Source: Octopus sinensis (Eukaryota). From it: DNA of 64,000 nucleotides. Below are positions 62,079-64,000 of this stretch, one piece after another. The translations under genes and the position numbers were made by a program. Every line of letters begins with the position of its first letter. Positions within the stretch are counted from its first letter, which is position 1. The stretch is from assembly GCF_006345805.1 (NCBI RefSeq), contig NC_043007.1:25544001-25608000 (forward strand), read 5' to 3'. The notes beneath the pieces are model-generated. The model saw only the letters and a program-made list of their open reading frames with translations. It ran no database searches and had not been told where the DNA came from.

Positions 62079-62460
62079 GTGGAGGCGCAATGGCCCAGTG
62101 GTTAGGGCAGCGGACTCGCGGTTATAGGATCACGGTTTCGATTCCCAGACTGGGCGTTGTGTGTGTTTATTGAGCGGAAACACCTAAAGCTCCACGAGGC
62201 TCCGGCAGGGATGGTGGTGATCCCTGCTGTACTCTTTCACCACAACTTTCTCTCACTCTTACTTCCTGTTTCTGTTGTACCTGTATTTCAAAGGGCCGGC
62301 CTTGTCACTCTCTGTGTCACGCTGAATATCCCCGAGAACTACTTTAAGGGTACACGTGTCTGTGGAATGCTCAGCCACTTACACGTTAATTTCACGAGCA
62401 GGCTGTTCCGTTGATCGGATCAACCGGAACTCTCATCGTCGTAACCGACGGAGTGCTTCC
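62079..62460 (+). mobile_element. S4 SINE with 13-bp TSD
   Basis: actagggtatcca at 62066-62078 and 62461-62473. Confidence 0.9.
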
Positions 62461-62919
62461 ACTAGGGTATCCATATAGGACAACCCCTCTGAGCCCTAAA
62501 TGTGATAAAATGCACTCTGTACTCTCTTTTGAATAGTTGGTGTTAGGAAGAACACCCAGCCATAGAAAACATGACAATATCTTTATCTTTTATAAGGTAT
62601 CAAGTTGGCAGAATCATTAACACACCAGGCAAAATGCTTAACAACATTTTGTCTGACTTTACATTCTGAGTTCAAATTCCACCAAGGTCGACTTTGCTTT
62701 TCATACCTTTGGGGTCAATAAAATAAGTGCCAGTTATATGGCTGGGATTGATGTGATTGATTTACTCCTTCTCTCAAAATTGCTGGCATTGAGCCAAGAA
62801 TTGAAACCAAAATCTTTATCTTCTGTCTTATACTTGTTTCAGTCATTAGACTGTTGCCATGCTGGGGCAGCACCTTGAAGACTATTTAGTTGAGCGAATT
62901 GACCCCCAGTACCTATTAA

Positions 62920-63766
62920 CAGAACAAGTCTTAGTAAGTAGGAAGGCTGTCAAACTACAATCCCCTTCAGGTAGATAGCCCTGCTCGATCTGTAGAAAAG
63001 GCGTGGGTAGAAACTCAATACGATGTACCCGGTGTAAGCTATGGACACATAAAGGTACAGCAATATCAAAAGAAGGTTAACCGGGAAAATAGTTTTTGTG
63101 TGTGGCAGATACACAGGGGCAATAAACACTGAAGATGTACAGAAAACAGATTCCATCACTTGAGAGGAGGAAAAACTAGAAGTAGTTGATAGCTTCTGCT
63201 ACCTAGGCGACCAAGTCTGTAGTGGGGGTGGTTGCTCTGAGAGTGTAGCGGCTAGAATAAGAATAGCCTGGGCAAAGTTCAGGGAGTTCCTAACTCTGCT
63301 GGTAACTACGGGCCTCTTGCTCATGATGAAAGGTAGACTGTATGATGCTTGTGTGCGAACTGCCATGCTACACAGCAGTGAAACAAGGACCATGACTACT
63401 GAGGACATGCGTAGGCTTGAAAGAAAGGAAGCTAGTATGATCCGCTGGATGTGTAATGTCAGTGTGCATACACGACAGAGTGTAAGTGCCCTGAGAGAAA
63501 AGTTAGGCATAAGAAGCATCAAATGTGGTGTGCAAGAGAGATGACTGTGTCGGTATGGTCATGTGTTATGTATGAATGAGAACAGCTGCGTGAAGAAGTG
63601 CCATTCCCTAACTGTGGAAGGAACCTGTGGAAGTGGTAGACCTAGGAAGACATGGGATGAGGTGGTGAAGCATGACCTTCAAACATTGGGCCTCACAGAG
63701 GCAATGACAGGAGACTGAGATCTTTGGAGTATTGCTGTGATTGAGAAGACCTGGCAACTAAAGTGA
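62920..63766 (+). mobile_element. 5'-truncated RTE-clade LINE ORF2 C-terminus (pseudogenised) with PHD-like Cys/His insert
   Basis: KVLVSRK...CSICRKGVGRNSIRCTRCKLWTH...VCGRY...KLEVVDSFCYLGD...ARIRIAWAKF...LYDACVRTAMLHSSE...GRPRKTWDEVVKHDL; contains stops and a frameshift. Confidence 0.85.
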
Positions 63767-64000
63767 GACATTTATAGATTGTAAATTTATTCTGTCCAGT
63801 TACATATCAGTATAGTGGTCGTTTGCAAACTCCAGAGGGGACACTTTTATTTCCCCTTAGCCCTCACATCACACAGTTGTTAATGTTTATTTGAGTTGGG
63901 TCACACCCTTCCAATTGCTATAGATCCGTAATGCATCTTATGGCTGTGCCTGTCACCTGTGTAGTGAGGAACCCTACATTGGGGAGTGGTAACGACTAGG

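Noticed and set aside
3794-62160. Many tRNA-like A/B-box segments as tRNA genes
   Set aside because: Each runs into a SINE body (or the PLE tail) and lacks a complete cloverleaf and acceptor stem.
1-63544. Recurrent short ORFs such as MSSNARGTNT..., MLAWVGRFD... and MAAPGS...
   Set aside because: Translations of S1 and S5 repeat copies, not a gene family.

Overview
Eukaryotic, AT-rich, very repeat-dense animal DNA. The SINE types and the TA/CA microsatellite load resemble an octopus or other coleoid cephalopod; this host call is inference from recalled repeat sequences, not a search. The only host coding sequence I can support is two + strand exons of FBXO11 (9631-9775, F-box; 41524-41653), separated by a 31,748-bp GT-AG intron. 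The neighbouring exons were not found in the window. The rest is a mosaic of four tRNA-headed SINE families (my labels S1-S4), (GAT)n-tailed RTE-like 3' ends (S5), decayed RTE, CR1, Penelope-like and pogo/Tigger fragments, at least seven TIR MITEs, and simple repeats. The most interesting unannotated signal is a set of about 12 hammerhead-ribozyme (HHR)-like motifs from several families. They include (i) cores with the compensated U3-A8 pair, (ii) fold-back units whose arms carry outward-facing hammerhead cores, (iii) a Penelope GIY-YIG 3' end followed by a tRNA-like Pol III head and then a hammerhead, and (iv) a hammerhead whose three strands lie in a non-circular, pseudoknotted order. Ribozyme activity, editing and expression are all untested; coordinates of degenerate repeats are approximate.
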